DNA of 64,000 nucleotides from Candidatus Saccharimonadota bacterium (GCA_043745485.1 JAYTSU010000021.1:2533-66532); one strand, 5' to 3'. Positions 19,731-29,677 are shown, numbered from the stretch's first letter. Numbers and translations are program-made. Notes: a model not told the origin generated them from the sequence alone.

Positions 19731-19961
19731 ATGTATCTCGCAAAAAATTTGATGCAAGGAATGGAAATGAGTATGGGATTACATACATCTTCCACTCCAA
19801 TCGCAAAAGAAACTTTGGGCACCAGATTTAGTAATAATATGCAACATCCTGGTCTAGCCATCCCAATTGTCACTGTAGTAATTATTGCGGTGATGCTTGG
19901 AGTTTTCTGGCTGCTCAAGCGTTTTACCTCATGGCAATTTCCAATAAATAAGAAAGGATAA
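19731..19961 (+). CDS. Hypothetical small membrane protein
   Basis: A 76-aa ORF with one TM (LAIPIVTVVIIAVMLGVFWLL). It ends 4 nt before the glutaredoxin-like gene, and the coding call is tentative. Confidence 0.4.
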   Translation: MYLAKNLMQGMEMSMGLHTSSTPIAKETLGTRFSNNMQHPGLAIPIVTVVIIAVMLGVFWLLKRFTSWQFPINKKG

Positions 19962-19965
19962 ACAT

Positions 19966-20205
19966 ATGGTTACGGTATATAGCGCAACATGGTGTGCATT
20001 TTGTCACGCTGCGAAGGGGTATTTTGATAAACTCGGCATCAAATACGATGACAAAGACATTGAAAAAGATCCAAAGAACGCCGATGAGTCGATAGCAAAG
20101 TCAAATCAAATGGGTATCCCGGTAATCGACATTGATGGGACTATCATTGTTGGCTTCGATAAGCCGGCAATTGATGCAGCCTTACTGGCCCACGCTCAAA
20201 AGTAA
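19966..20205 (+). CDS. Glutaredoxin/NrdH-like redoxin
   Basis: A 79-aa protein with a CxxC active site (YSATWCAFCHAAK) and a GIPVI..DG motif. Confidence 0.8.
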   Translation: MVTVYSATWCAFCHAAKGYFDKLGIKYDDKDIEKDPKNADESIAKSNQMGIPVIDIDGTIIVGFDKPAIDAALLAHAQK

Positions 20206-20277
20206 TCACTTCCCTAAACTCTACATCTAGTGATAATTATCACAGTCACAACACTACATGTGGTGTATTTTTAAAGT

Positions 20278-20769
20278 ATGAGCGAAGTTATAACGGGAAA
20301 ATTCGAAAAACAACCAAAACGAACTCTGAGAGTACCCTTAAGTATCATTAGCGGTGAGTTAACAGCCGAGCGCTTCACACGATGTGATAGTTTCTTAACG
20401 AACGAAGGAGCTCATCAGTTTTATAAGTCTGGAAGACTATCGCCAGATGGTGGAATGCAAGTAGGTGTTTTTAGACGAGCACTCCAACACATAAGAATGA
20501 CACCATCTGAAAGAACATTTTACGAAGGTTGGCGAGACCAAGGCCGCGAGCAAATATTAAACCTGGCTTTACAAAACCAGCCCGTAAGCGCAGAACGAAT
20601 CGAAGAATTACGCGTACATGGCGATATTGCCATACATATTATGGATACACTAAAGTCACTACAAACTACGCTTTACCCAGAGATTGTTAAAGATATCAAC
20701 TTGAGAGATATTTCCGAGCGCTCTATGGAGGCTGTCATCAGAAGTATCCATGGCAGCCAAATAAAATAA
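20278..20769 (+). CDS. Hypothetical protein
   Basis: A 163-aa ORF with coding-like composition and no recognisable motif. Confidence 0.5.
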   Translation: MSEVITGKFEKQPKRTLRVPLSIISGELTAERFTRCDSFLTNEGAHQFYKSGRLSPDGGMQVGVFRRALQHIRMTPSERTFYEGWRDQGREQILNLALQNQPVSAERIEELRVHGDIAIHIMDTLKSLQTTLYPEIVKDINLRDISERSMEAVIRSIHGSQIK

Positions 20770-20810
20770 TACTGTTATAAGACCAACGAGCACGATATAC
20801 TATTGCTACT

Positions 20811-21386
20811 ATGGCTTTTGAGGATTTTAAAACAAAAGAATCGGTCGTGCTTGTCTATACAGGCGATGGCAAAGGCAAGACATCTGCCAGTGTAGGGCTT
20901 ATGGCACGCGCCCTTGGCCGCGGCTGGAAAGTAGCTTACGTACAGTTCGTTAAAACGTGGGAAACAGGGGAGTCACTGTTTATTACAAAGCTACTAGAAT
21001 CGAAGGTATTTGAAAATAAACTTGTGTATTTTAGAGGTGGCAAGGGCTTTTATAATGCTGGTGATATCAGTGCCAAAGACGTAAGTGAACAAGAACATAA
21101 AGAGGCTGCACGTAAAACCTACGATTTTGCGCTTTCGTGCATTACCGACAATTCGTTTGACCTAGTAATCTGCGATGAAATTAATAACTCAGTTCATGAT
21201 GGTCTGCTACCTATTCAAGACCTCAAGAAACTCATTCAATCCCGAGGCCCAAAAACAAGCCTATGCGTCACGGGCCGTAATTTTCCTAAAAGTTTACTGC
21301 CCTTAACGGACATCGCAACCGACATGACCAAAATTAAACATCACTTTGATGAAAAGTTTTTGGCTAATAAGGGGATAGACTATTAA
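20811..21386 (+). CDS. ATP:cob(I)alamin adenosyltransferase (CobA/CobO/BtuR family)
   Basis: It has the P-loop YTGDGKGKTSA, the motif LVICDEIN, and a C-terminus KIKHHFDEKFLANKGIDY resembling the CobA C-terminal end. Confidence 0.8.
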   Translation: MAFEDFKTKESVVLVYTGDGKGKTSASVGLMARALGRGWKVAYVQFVKTWETGESLFITKLLESKVFENKLVYFRGGKGFYNAGDISAKDVSEQEHKEAARKTYDFALSCITDNSFDLVICDEINNSVHDGLLPIQDLKKLIQSRGPKTSLCVTGRNFPKSLLPLTDIATDMTKIKHHFDEKFLANKGIDY

Positions 21387-22383
21387 TATCATAGCCTCAG
21401 CCGGGATACAGGATGTTGCGCTCAATATCCATGCTGCCTGGTGGCACTGGACACTACTTGGAGGTTGGTTCTTATTCTTAATCCTCTTCGACATTTTAGT
21501 TATCCACCGCAAAGACCACATACCAACGCTTAAAAGCTCAGTAAAGCAGAGTTTAGTTTGGATTGGGCTAGGGATTGGATTAGGGCTGGTTATTTTTTCT
21601 GCGTATGGCAGTGAAGCCGGCAGCCAATACTTTAGCGGTTATCTCATCGAAAAATCACTATCCATCGATAACGTATTTGCCTGGTCTGTCATTCTCGCTA
21701 CTTTCAAGGTCCCGAAGTCATACCAACACAGAGTCCTCTTTTGGGGTATTTTTGGAGCATTAGTAATGCGCACTATTTTTGTATTTGCGGGCATATCACT
21801 CATTAATCACTTTGAGCCAATTTTGCTTGTATTTGGCTTGCTACTCGGATACAGCGGCTACAAACTGTTAAGAACACGTGAAGAAGATGAGTTTGACCCG
21901 AGTAAAAGTAAGTTGTTTACATATGTTAAAAAAATTATCCCCATTAGTCACAATCTCGATGGCCACAAACTCTTTACTATTGAAAACGGCAAACGAGTTG
22001 CCACGATGCTGTTTATAGCGCTTCTGGTGATTGAAGTTACTGATGTCATCTTTGCTGTCGATAGTGTCCCGGCCATCTTAGCTATTTCACGCGACCCATT
22101 CATAGTACTTGCTAGTAATGCAGCGGCCATTTTAGGTCTACGAGCACTGTATTTTGTATTTGAATTTATTAAAGATAAGTTCTGGCTTCTTAACAAAGCT
22201 TTAGGGATATTGCTGGTGTTTATCGGCTTTAAAATGTTTATAACACCAGAAAGAATTCACGGGCTTAATTGGTTAAATATTCACATAAGTACGAGTATAA
22301 GCTTAGCGATTATTGGCATTATTCTGACGAGTGGCATTGTAGGATCTTTAGCTTATCCTCAAAAAACCACAGAAGCTGAGTAG
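21382..22383 (+). CDS. TerC-family integral membrane protein (start codon unresolved)
   Basis: The frame is open from 21379. Upstream of the first ATG (21766) it encodes obvious TerC sequence (WWHWTLLGGWFLFLILFDILVIH...YLIEKSLSIDNVFAW...). It contains no in-frame ATG/GTG/TTG. The nominal start is placed at ATT 21382, and the true start or a frameshift is uncertain. Confidence 0.75.
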   Translation: MNIIASAGIQDVALNIHAAWWHWTLLGGWFLFLILFDILVIHRKDHIPTLKSSVKQSLVWIGLGIGLGLVIFSAYGSEAGSQYFSGYLIEKSLSIDNVFAWSVILATFKVPKSYQHRVLFWGIFGALVMRTIFVFAGISLINHFEPILLVFGLLLGYSGYKLLRTREEDEFDPSKSKLFTYVKKIIPISHNLDGHKLFTIENGKRVATMLFIALLVIEVTDVIFAVDSVPAILAISRDPFIVLASNAAAILGLRALYFVFEFIKDKFWLLNKALGILLVFIGFKMFITPERIHGLNWLNIHISTSISLAIIGIILTSGIVGSLAYPQKTTEAE

Positions 22384-22385
22384 CA

Positions 22386-22976
22386 ATGGGTCGGCTACTC
22401 ACCAGACGTCAACGTAGGAGGCTGCTAGATTTTGGTATCAGCCTGCTAATTGCTGGAGTAACTATAATTGCTCAAAAGCATGGGTGGCTTAATAAAGCTG
22501 CCGCCACCGTAAAGCAGGCACAGCCTGGCACGTATAGGGTTGTTGAATTTGTAGATGGCGATACTATTTCAGTTGATATGAACGGCACAACCGAAACGCT
22601 GCGTTTTATAGGCGTTGACACACCAGAAACGCACGATCCGAGAAAAGCCGTACAGTGCTTTGGCACAGCCGCAGCTGCGTTTACTAAAAACCTCATCGGT
22701 AACAATAATGTTCGACTTGAAAGTGATCCGCTTGGGACAAACCGTGACCGCTATAACCGCTTACTGCGCTATATATATCTTCCTGACGGTACTTTAGTAA
22801 ATGCTGAAATCATCAAACAAGGTTACGGCTTTGCATACACTGGTTTTCCATTTACTAAATCGGATGAATTTTTAGAAGATCAAAAAGTTGCACGTATTAA
22901 AAATAGTGGGTTATGGGGTAGCTGTACCCCTAGTGCTAACCAATATGGTGGCTATTCCAGCAATAATGCTGACTAG
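22386..22976 (+). CDS. Membrane-anchored thermonuclease (staphylococcal nuclease homologue)
   Basis: It has an N-terminal TM. It also has VDGDTISV...LRFIGVDTPETHDP...NRLLRYIYLPDG..VNAEIIKQGYG, typical of the SNase fold. Confidence 0.85.
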   Translation: MGRLLTRRQRRRLLDFGISLLIAGVTIIAQKHGWLNKAAATVKQAQPGTYRVVEFVDGDTISVDMNGTTETLRFIGVDTPETHDPRKAVQCFGTAAAAFTKNLIGNNNVRLESDPLGTNRDRYNRLLRYIYLPDGTLVNAEIIKQGYGFAYTGFPFTKSDEFLEDQKVARIKNSGLWGSCTPSANQYGGYSSNNAD

Positions 22977-23758
22977 TGGTTTTTAAGCTTCCAGATAAAA
23001 CGATCAATAGCCATCGGTACAAAAAGCAGTACCATGGTATACCAGAGGATGAAGAAAAAAAGAGTTTTTATAACATTATTATAAAGTCTAAAAGTCCGTA
23101 CGGCACGAAACTGATAGGCAAGTTGTGGGAGCAATGGGCGATGTGCTGCCCGAAATGAACAACCAATGGTAATACCTTTAAGATGCTTTACTTGGCCTAT
23201 ACGAGCCATTAGAAATGACATTTCGTAATCTTCCCATATGTCTACCCGGTAAGACATTTTAGCTTTGATTTTGTTCCATGAGGAACCCCTAAATGCAGTG
23301 TTCGCACCCCAAAGCATGACATGGCCACTCACAAACCGGCTTACTCCTGCATGATAAAAACGAAAAACCGTGCTTGACGTCCGCTTAAGTGGTGAATCAT
23401 ACGGTATACCGTCACCCGTTAGTGCCACAACATTTTTATCTTGAGCAAAAGAATTAATGATATCTTTAACCCAGTTAGCTGGCAGTATAGTGTCCGCGTC
23501 AATTCGTCCAAATATATCTCCCTTCGCCTCATTAAAACCAGTAGCTTGGGCATAGGTTTGGCCTTGGCGCTTTTCTTGCATGACTTTGACAAAAGGATAT
23601 GAGCGAGCAATTGATTTTGTCGAGTCCACTGAGTTGTTATCGACCACTATCACTTCTGTTGGCATTATCGACTGAGCAGCAATTGAATTAAGACACAACT
23701 TAAGATAGTTTTCTTCGTTGTAAACTGGTATAACTATTGATAGCGTTAGCATTTTCAT
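22973..23758 (-). CDS. Family 2 glycosyltransferase
   Basis: It has LSIVIPVYNEENYL...VIVVDNNSVDST (GT-A fold with a DxD region). The start was trimmed to MKMLTL (23758). Confidence 0.8.
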   Translation of the reverse strand: MKMLTLSIVIPVYNEENYLKLCLNSIAAQSIMPTEVIVVDNNSVDSTKSIARSYPFVKVMQEKRQGQTYAQATGFNEAKGDIFGRIDADTILPANWVKDIINSFAQDKNVVALTGDGIPYDSPLKRTSSTVFRFYHAGVSRFVSGHVMLWGANTAFRGSSWNKIKAKMSYRVDIWEDYEMSFLMARIGQVKHLKGITIGCSFRAAHRPLLPQLAYQFRAVRTFRLYNNVIKTLFFFILWYTMVLLFVPMAIDRFIWKLKNH

Positions 23759-23786
23759 TGTAGTCCGTTTGATACTACCACGCCTT

Positions 23787-24950
23787 ATGAAAAAAATACC
23801 CAACAAAAAACCACGAAGAACAACAAGGAACATGGGCTTCTGGCAGCAAGCCTGGGGTCGCTTTACGGATTGGACCGTACAATATCATTTTTGGAAACGA
23901 CTCGCTTATGGCTTTGTTGCGCTGATTCTGCTTGCGGTAGGGTCAATGTATGGCATAGCACAGTGGTACATAAGCAGCAATTCAAACAAACCGCTTATAG
24001 TTGGTGCAACCTTTGTCCCGGATTACGCCCGCTATTTTGGACTTGATCCAAAAACAACCTTTAACGCAATGATTAACGACCTTGGTGTTAAGCAAGTGCG
24101 TCTAGTGAGTTACTGGGATACTATTGAGCTTGCTCCGGGAACTTACAAGTTTGATGAACTCGACTGGCAGTTTAAGATGGCCGAAGAATCGGGGGTAAAG
24201 GTCTCACTTGCTGTTGGGCTGCGTCAACCGCGTTGGCCTGAATGTCATGAACCAGCATGGGCAACTAAATTAGTAGAAAAGACTTGGGAGCAGCCATTGT
24301 ATGACTACATGAGTGCTGTCGTAAACCGATATAAAAACAGCCCAGCGCTGGACAGTTACCAGTTAGAAAACGAATATTTCTTGAAAGTATTTGGCATCTG
24401 TACCAACTTTGACCGTGACCGTCTGGTTCATGAATTTAATCTTGTTAAAACGCTTGACCCAAAACACACACTTGTTGTGAGCATGAGCAATAACGCCATC
24501 GGCACACCGATAGGTGAACCGACACCCGATCAATGGTCAATTTCAATCTACAAGCGAGTCTGGGATAAGACCATTACAAAGCGCTACTTTGAATACCCAA
24601 TCCCGGCGTGGTACTACGCTTTTAGGGCCGGATTTACGAAGATTACACGTGGTCACGATGCATTTATTCATGAGCTGCAAACTGAGCCCTGGACGCCCGA
24701 TGGCTTTGACGGCATCACGAGCACCCCTCTTGCTGAGCAAGATAAGTCTATGAATGCCGAAATACTAACAAACCGAATTGAGTATGGTCGTGCAACAGGT
24801 ATGAAAACTATGTATCTATGGGGCGTAGAATGGTGGTACTGGCGTATGACCGTTAAGAACGACCCGAGCATTTGGAATGCCGGCAAGGCAGGGGTTGAGA
24901 GTGTCAACTCATCTAATCAAAAGTTGTTAGAAAATTTAGTTAAAAAATAG
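23787..24950 (+). CDS. Membrane-anchored clan GH-A glycoside hydrolase (GH42/GH35/GH5-like TIM barrel)
   Basis: It has an N-terminal TM. It has W..IE..PG.Y.F.ELD, the QLENEY acid/base-like motif and the HELQTEPW nucleophile-like motif. The exact family was not determined. Confidence 0.55.
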   Translation: MKKIPNKKPRRTTRNMGFWQQAWGRFTDWTVQYHFWKRLAYGFVALILLAVGSMYGIAQWYISSNSNKPLIVGATFVPDYARYFGLDPKTTFNAMINDLGVKQVRLVSYWDTIELAPGTYKFDELDWQFKMAEESGVKVSLAVGLRQPRWPECHEPAWATKLVEKTWEQPLYDYMSAVVNRYKNSPALDSYQLENEYFLKVFGICTNFDRDRLVHEFNLVKTLDPKHTLVVSMSNNAIGTPIGEPTPDQWSISIYKRVWDKTITKRYFEYPIPAWYYAFRAGFTKITRGHDAFIHELQTEPWTPDGFDGITSTPLAEQDKSMNAEILTNRIEYGRATGMKTMYLWGVEWWYWRMTVKNDPSIWNAGKAGVESVNSSNQKLLENLVKK

Positions 24951-24951
24951 C

Positions 24952-25938
24952 CTAAGCCTTTAATGACTGTAGTACAATCGCATTTGAAAGAGCAAGATCA
25001 TTACCGAGTGCATGGGTCTGTCCATTCATACGTATTATCTTTACACGCTTAATACCTGCAAATATCGTATATTCATCGACTATATGTAAAACCAACTCAT
25101 CTATAGCTAGCTCGCTGTGCGTGCCCCACGCAAAAGTCGTCTTCATATCAATTTGTTCTTTCAAACCTGCTATGGCATGTTCTTCAAACTTACCCCTTGC
25201 AAGACCACGAGAAACTGCAATATTGGTAAGCCGTAACAAGCCTTTAATATAATCGTTAGCGCCGACACCATCTGTGCGGGCTTCAATAAAAGTAGGTAGC
25301 TCATTTGCAACAACATATTCCTTCATTGGTGGTTCTGATGATTTAAAATCTAATCCAAGTTTTAGGACATTACGTTTTTTGACTGATGCAGGTTCAATAT
25401 ATACGGTATCAGTAACTTTATGCGTACCATTACTTGCGAGACTCGCAGCTAATTCGGCTCCGTAAGAGTTACCGACATTGATAACTGTTTCTATATTTTC
25501 TTTATCTAAATAACTAACAAGGGGATCAATAACAGGTTTAAAGTTGCCACCTGCAACCGCATGGCGTTGCTTGTAAGTTAGGCCTCCGTCTTTAAATTCA
25601 CCACCGCTCGGATGTCCCATGGCAATGATGCGGCTGTTTGGCTTCACGTAGGCTAGACTGGCGAGCTGATATCGTTGATTCATATCTGTTGGATTAGCCA
25701 TAGGCAGATGTACGACAATAGTTTGCGCAGGGTCTTCTTCATCACGTGGTCTAATATCAAGTATCTGGCGCTGGGAGTAACCTTCTAAAGCATACGGTTG
25801 TGGGTTATTTGCTCCGACTACATCTAGAAAATTTGCGTAAGAGCTAAAAGCAGCTTGGCGATTCATAGCTTCACTTACTTGTTCTACAACAGCACTATCA
25901 AAATGATAATACTGAGTTAAACGTTCTGCTGTATTCAT
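24952..25938 (-). CDS. Putative alpha/beta-hydrolase-fold protein
   Basis: It has the GNSYG nucleophile-elbow-like motif (VINVGNSYGAELAASLA). A TATAAT box lies 6 nt upstream of the ATG. Confidence 0.45.
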   Translation of the reverse strand: MNTAERLTQYYHFDSAVVEQVSEAMNRQAAFSSYANFLDVVGANNPQPYALEGYSQRQILDIRPRDEEDPAQTIVVHLPMANPTDMNQRYQLASLAYVKPNSRIIAMGHPSGGEFKDGGLTYKQRHAVAGGNFKPVIDPLVSYLDKENIETVINVGNSYGAELAASLASNGTHKVTDTVYIEPASVKKRNVLKLGLDFKSSEPPMKEYVVANELPTFIEARTDGVGANDYIKGLLRLTNIAVSRGLARGKFEEHAIAGLKEQIDMKTTFAWGTHSELAIDELVLHIVDEYTIFAGIKRVKIIRMNGQTHALGNDLALSNAIVLQSLKA

Positions 25939-26005
25939 GTAGTAATTATAGCATATTTATACCACTGTTGTCAATGCTTGTGCTTTAAGCTATACTACAT
26001 CTGTT

Positions 26006-26464
26006 ATGAAGAAGAAAAAGCAATCGAGCGGAACAATCCAGAACAAGCGGGCGTTTTTTGACTATACCATCAAAGACCCGCTTATTGCTGGCATATCCTT
26101 AACAGGACCCGAAGTACGGAGCATACGTAGCGCTCACGCCAGCCTTGTTGGCGCCTTCGTGACTATCAAAGATGGGGAAGCGTACCTTTTAAATGCTCAG
26201 GTAATGCCCATGAAGACCAATGCTGCTCATCTGCCATCTGAGATGCAGATTCGTACCCGCAAGTTGCTTCTAAAAAAGCGTCAACTCGACGATTTGGCTG
26301 AAGCCAAACAGCAAGGGTACACCATTATCCCTTTAAAAATCCTAACAAAAGGTCGATTCATTAAGGTTGAAATAGCCCTCGCTAAAGGTAAGAAACAGTA
26401 CGACAAGCGCGAAGTTATCAAAAAGCGTGATTCAGAGCGTGATGCCGCGCGCAGTTTACGGTAA
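26006..26464 (+). CDS. smpB: SsrA-binding protein
   Basis: It has NKRAFFDYTI...GISLTGPEVRSIR, typical of SmpB, and is 152 aa. Confidence 0.9.
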   Translation: MKKKKQSSGTIQNKRAFFDYTIKDPLIAGISLTGPEVRSIRSAHASLVGAFVTIKDGEAYLLNAQVMPMKTNAAHLPSEMQIRTRKLLLKKRQLDDLAEAKQQGYTIIPLKILTKGRFIKVEIALAKGKKQYDKREVIKKRDSERDAARSLR

Positions 26465-26466
26465 TT

Positions 26467-27174
26467 CTAAGATATTAACGTGCCGATTTTTTCACCTGTG
26501 GTGATCTTCTGCAGATTATCTGGGAGCATCATGTCAAAGACAATTACCTTCACATTATGTTCTGCTGCTAGGCCAAGCGCTGCGCGGTCCATGACTTTAA
26601 TATCGATATTTTCTATTGCTTCTTGCAGTGACATCTTGTCTAACTTAACAGCGTCTTTAAATTTGGTAGGATCTTTGTCATAAACGCCATCAACTTTTGA
26701 TGCTTTAAGCGTTAGCTCACAGTCCAACTCAAGTGCCATCATGACTGCTGCTGTGTCGTGTGTGACATACGGCCGGCCACTGCCACCAGCAATAATCAAA
26801 ACGCGCCCGTGACTCAAATGTTTTTCGGCCAGTCTGTATGAGTATGATTCAGCAATTTGTTCGGCAAAAAGGTTGCTCACACAACGAGTCTCAATACCTT
26901 CAGACTCAAAAATATCAGTCAATGCCATGGCATTCATAAGTCCAGACAGCATCCCCATTTGGTCAGCAGTTACGCGCCGAATTCCATGCCCCGCGACTTC
27001 AGAACCGCGCACCATGTTGCCCCCACCAGCAATAATAACTATTTCACAACCTTGCTTGGTTACTTTTTTTATTTCGGCAGCTAAATATCGCGCCACCTCT
27101 GGGTCAATCCCAAATCCGTGCTTACCGGCAAGCTGTTCACCCGAAAGTTTCAAGAGTATACGTTTGTAAGCCAT
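26467..27174 (-). CDS. pyrH: UMP kinase
   Basis: It has YKRILLKLSGEQLAG and the IIAGGGNMVRG motif. The start was trimmed to MAYKRI (27174). Confidence 0.9.
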   Translation of the reverse strand: MAYKRILLKLSGEQLAGKHGFGIDPEVARYLAAEIKKVTKQGCEIVIIAGGGNMVRGSEVAGHGIRRVTADQMGMLSGLMNAMALTDIFESEGIETRCVSNLFAEQIAESYSYRLAEKHLSHGRVLIIAGGSGRPYVTHDTAAVMMALELDCELTLKASKVDGVYDKDPTKFKDAVKLDKMSLQEAIENIDIKVMDRAALGLAAEHNVKVIVFDMMLPDNLQKITTGEKIGTLIS

Positions 27175-27230
27175 TGCAGGATAGCGTACCAGATAGGACA
27201 CGATCACGCAAAATGACTTATACTACATGC

Positions 27231-28043
27231 ATGAAAATATACTCATGGAATGTTAATGGCATTAGGGCAGTGTGGTCCAAGGGACTGTTTCAAAAATTCA
27301 TTGAAGAAGAGCAGCCTGACATTATCTGTTTGCAAGAGACCAAGTCCATGCAAGAACAAGCAGAAGTAGACCTACCTGGATATACAGAATACTGGAACTC
27401 GGCACAGAAAAAGGGCTACAGCGGCACGGCGATTTTTACAAAAACTAAGGCGCTAAGTGTTGACTATGGACTGCCGATTAAAATAGATAAGCAATTTGGT
27501 CTAGAAGAAGACACCTACGGCGAAAAAACAGGCAAGCCAAATAAAGAAGGGCGCATAACAACTGCAGAGTTCGACGATTTCTACTTAGTTACTGTCTATA
27601 CGCCTAATAGTAAAGGTGATCTATCGCGTTTGAGTTTACGTCACAAAAGTTGGGATCCAGCGTTTTTGACCTATTGCAAAATTCTTGAGCAGCATAAACC
27701 AGTTATATTTTGCGGTGACCTAAACGTTGCACACACCGAAGACGACCTCGCCAACCCCAAGGCCAATGTCGGCAAGCATGGTTTTACTGACGAAGAACGT
27801 GAAGGTTTTCAGAAATTTATAGATGCGGGGTTTATTGACACCTTCCGTATGTTCACGCCTGAAGGAAATGGACATTATACTTGGTGGACGCATTGGGCAA
27901 ACGCCCGTGCACGCAACGTCGGATGGCGGATTGATTATTTCTTGGTTTCAGAATCTCTAAAAAACAAAGTCGTTAACGCCGAAATTCATAGCAAAATTAT
28001 GGGCTCTGACCACTGTCCAGTAAGCATCGAACTCAATGCCTAA
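27231..28043 (+). CDS. xth: Exodeoxyribonuclease III (AP endonuclease)
   Basis: It has MKIYSWNVNGIRA, CLQETK and the C-terminal SDHCPV. The start was trimmed to 27231, where TATACT lies 6 nt upstream. Confidence 0.9.
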   Translation: MKIYSWNVNGIRAVWSKGLFQKFIEEEQPDIICLQETKSMQEQAEVDLPGYTEYWNSAQKKGYSGTAIFTKTKALSVDYGLPIKIDKQFGLEEDTYGEKTGKPNKEGRITTAEFDDFYLVTVYTPNSKGDLSRLSLRHKSWDPAFLTYCKILEQHKPVIFCGDLNVAHTEDDLANPKANVGKHGFTDEEREGFQKFIDAGFIDTFRMFTPEGNGHYTWWTHWANARARNVGWRIDYFLVSESLKNKVVNAEIHSKIMGSDHCPVSIELNA

Positions 28044-28169
28044 GCATGCAATCAAAAACAAAATAGTCGTAGCTGCCATCAATCGACATATGAATTTTGA
28101 ACGTGATTCAAAGAATATAGATACAGCAAGAAAAAAAGTTAATGGTCCTGCTTATTTCAGATGTACTTA

Positions 28170-28865
28170 CTACAATGCTCGTTCGGCAGTCCGAAGTGCA
28201 ATTTTTCTGGTAGGACGGATGGAAAGCAGGCTAACGGCTATGGCTGCGATGCCTCTCATGCCTGCGTTTATGCGAGCCTTGCGTTTTTCTTCTCGTGGCA
28301 TTGCTAGGTTATATGTGGAGGTCATTGCTGACTCAGACAAAAACGCGAGGCCTACCGCTTTTGCACCTAATGAAAGACCGCGCTTACGGCTACCATAAAG
28401 ACCCTCAGCTATAGCAACACGACCAGTCATATTAATACGATACTGATCGATGGTTCCACCGTGTTCTCGCTCGTGCTCTTTGATATTTTCAAGACCTTTA
28501 CCAAGATAGTCCAGCCCTTTTTCAGCTAAACTTATGTGCTCCTCACCGGCGCGCTCCAACTGAACTGCAGATCGCAGTGCAATACCGCCGACATACATAG
28601 CGCTTGCAGCCCGTTCACGTAATGCACCGGGCTCTTTAGCTATAACAGCATCATCGTGAAATAGGTAAGCTTCTTGAGCCCAATGACCTGAATTAGTAGT
28701 ATCACCAAGGCGGTCAAACGAAGCGCCAACATCTCTTGAAGCGCGCCCTTGTTCACTAAGAGTATCAGCAACACCGAGAGCCTTAAACCGTAAAACTAGA
28801 GCTGTCTGATATTCTTGATTTAGGTGTGCACTTTGGGCAGAACGCATTAAGTCTTCGAAATTCAT
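28170..28865 (-). CDS. Hypothetical helical protein with C-terminal membrane segment
   Basis: A 231-aa ORF with a TGGTATAAT extended -10 box 7 nt upstream of the ATG. I recognise no family. Confidence 0.45.
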   Translation of the reverse strand: MNFEDLMRSAQSAHLNQEYQTALVLRFKALGVADTLSEQGRASRDVGASFDRLGDTTNSGHWAQEAYLFHDDAVIAKEPGALRERAASAMYVGGIALRSAVQLERAGEEHISLAEKGLDYLGKGLENIKEHEREHGGTIDQYRINMTGRVAIAEGLYGSRKRGLSLGAKAVGLAFLSESAMTSTYNLAMPREEKRKARINAGMRGIAAIAVSLLSIRPTRKIALRTAERAL

Positions 28866-29005
28866 ATGTACTATTATACCACTCTTGTCAATACGTTACT
28901 TAATAGTTATTTTTTGGGGTAAGGAAATAGTAAAGGTCGTACTTTAACTTTAGTGCGTGAAAGGTAGGCTTTATAACAGCGTTCAAAAATATGCGTTTAT
29001 TATCT

Positions 29006-29677
29006 CTAGGCCGTAATTTTATACCCAAATCCTCGTACTGTCTGCACAAGAGTATTCTTAAACGGTCGATCTATTTTATTGCGTAAATAGCCCACATACA
29101 CTTCAACTGTGTTGGGCAAAATATCATCATCGTCGCTCCACACATGCGTAATGAGCTCGTCCTTACTAATCACGCGGCCTTTATGACGCAGCAAATATTC
29201 CAGCAAACTAAACTCTTTTGCCGTTAAACGGACATTTTTTGCACCATAATTAACGATCTTAGTGGCAGGCTCAAGGCTTAGCTTGCCAGCACTGAGCTTA
29301 GTTTGATGCAACTCTGAAGGACGACGGAGTAGGGCATGGATACGCGCAACTAGCTCATCAAATGCGAATGGCTTAGCAAGGTAGTCGTCAGCTCCACCGT
29401 TTAAGCCTGTAACCTTTGACCCAATTGAGTCACGAGCGGCCAACATCAAAACTGGTGTATTTATACCGTTTTTTCTTAGTTCTTCACAGGTAGTCTTGCC
29501 ATCAATACTGCCAGGCAACATCCAGTCGAGTATGATGGCGTCATAAACACCGCTGAGGCCGTAGCTTAGTCCGCTGTCGCCGTCTTCCACAACGTCCACA
29601 CTAAAAGCCTCTTGTTCGAGCCCACGTTTAATTGCAGCTGCAATCTTTGATTCATTTTCGACAACTAATATTCTCAT
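29006..29677 (-). CDS. OmpR/PhoB-family response regulator (orphan)
   Basis: It has a receiver domain (ILVVENE...ILDWMLPG..K) and a winged-helix C-terminus (VEVYVGYLRNKI...TVRGFGY). Confidence 0.9.
   Translation of the reverse strand: MRILVVENESKIAAAIKRGLEQEAFSVDVVEDGDSGLSYGLSGVYDAIILDWMLPGSIDGKTTCEELRKNGINTPVLMLAARDSIGSKVTGLNGGADDYLAKPFAFDELVARIHALLRRPSELHQTKLSAGKLSLEPATKIVNYGAKNVRLTAKEFSLLEYLLRHKGRVISKDELITHVWSDDDDILPNTVEVYVGYLRNKIDRPFKNTLVQTVRGFGYKITA

Noticed and set aside
28036-28398. 120-aa plus-strand ORF after xth
   Set aside because: It is largely antisense to the better-supported 231-aa minus-strand ORF (28170-28865), which has a promoter directly upstream. It has no motifs.
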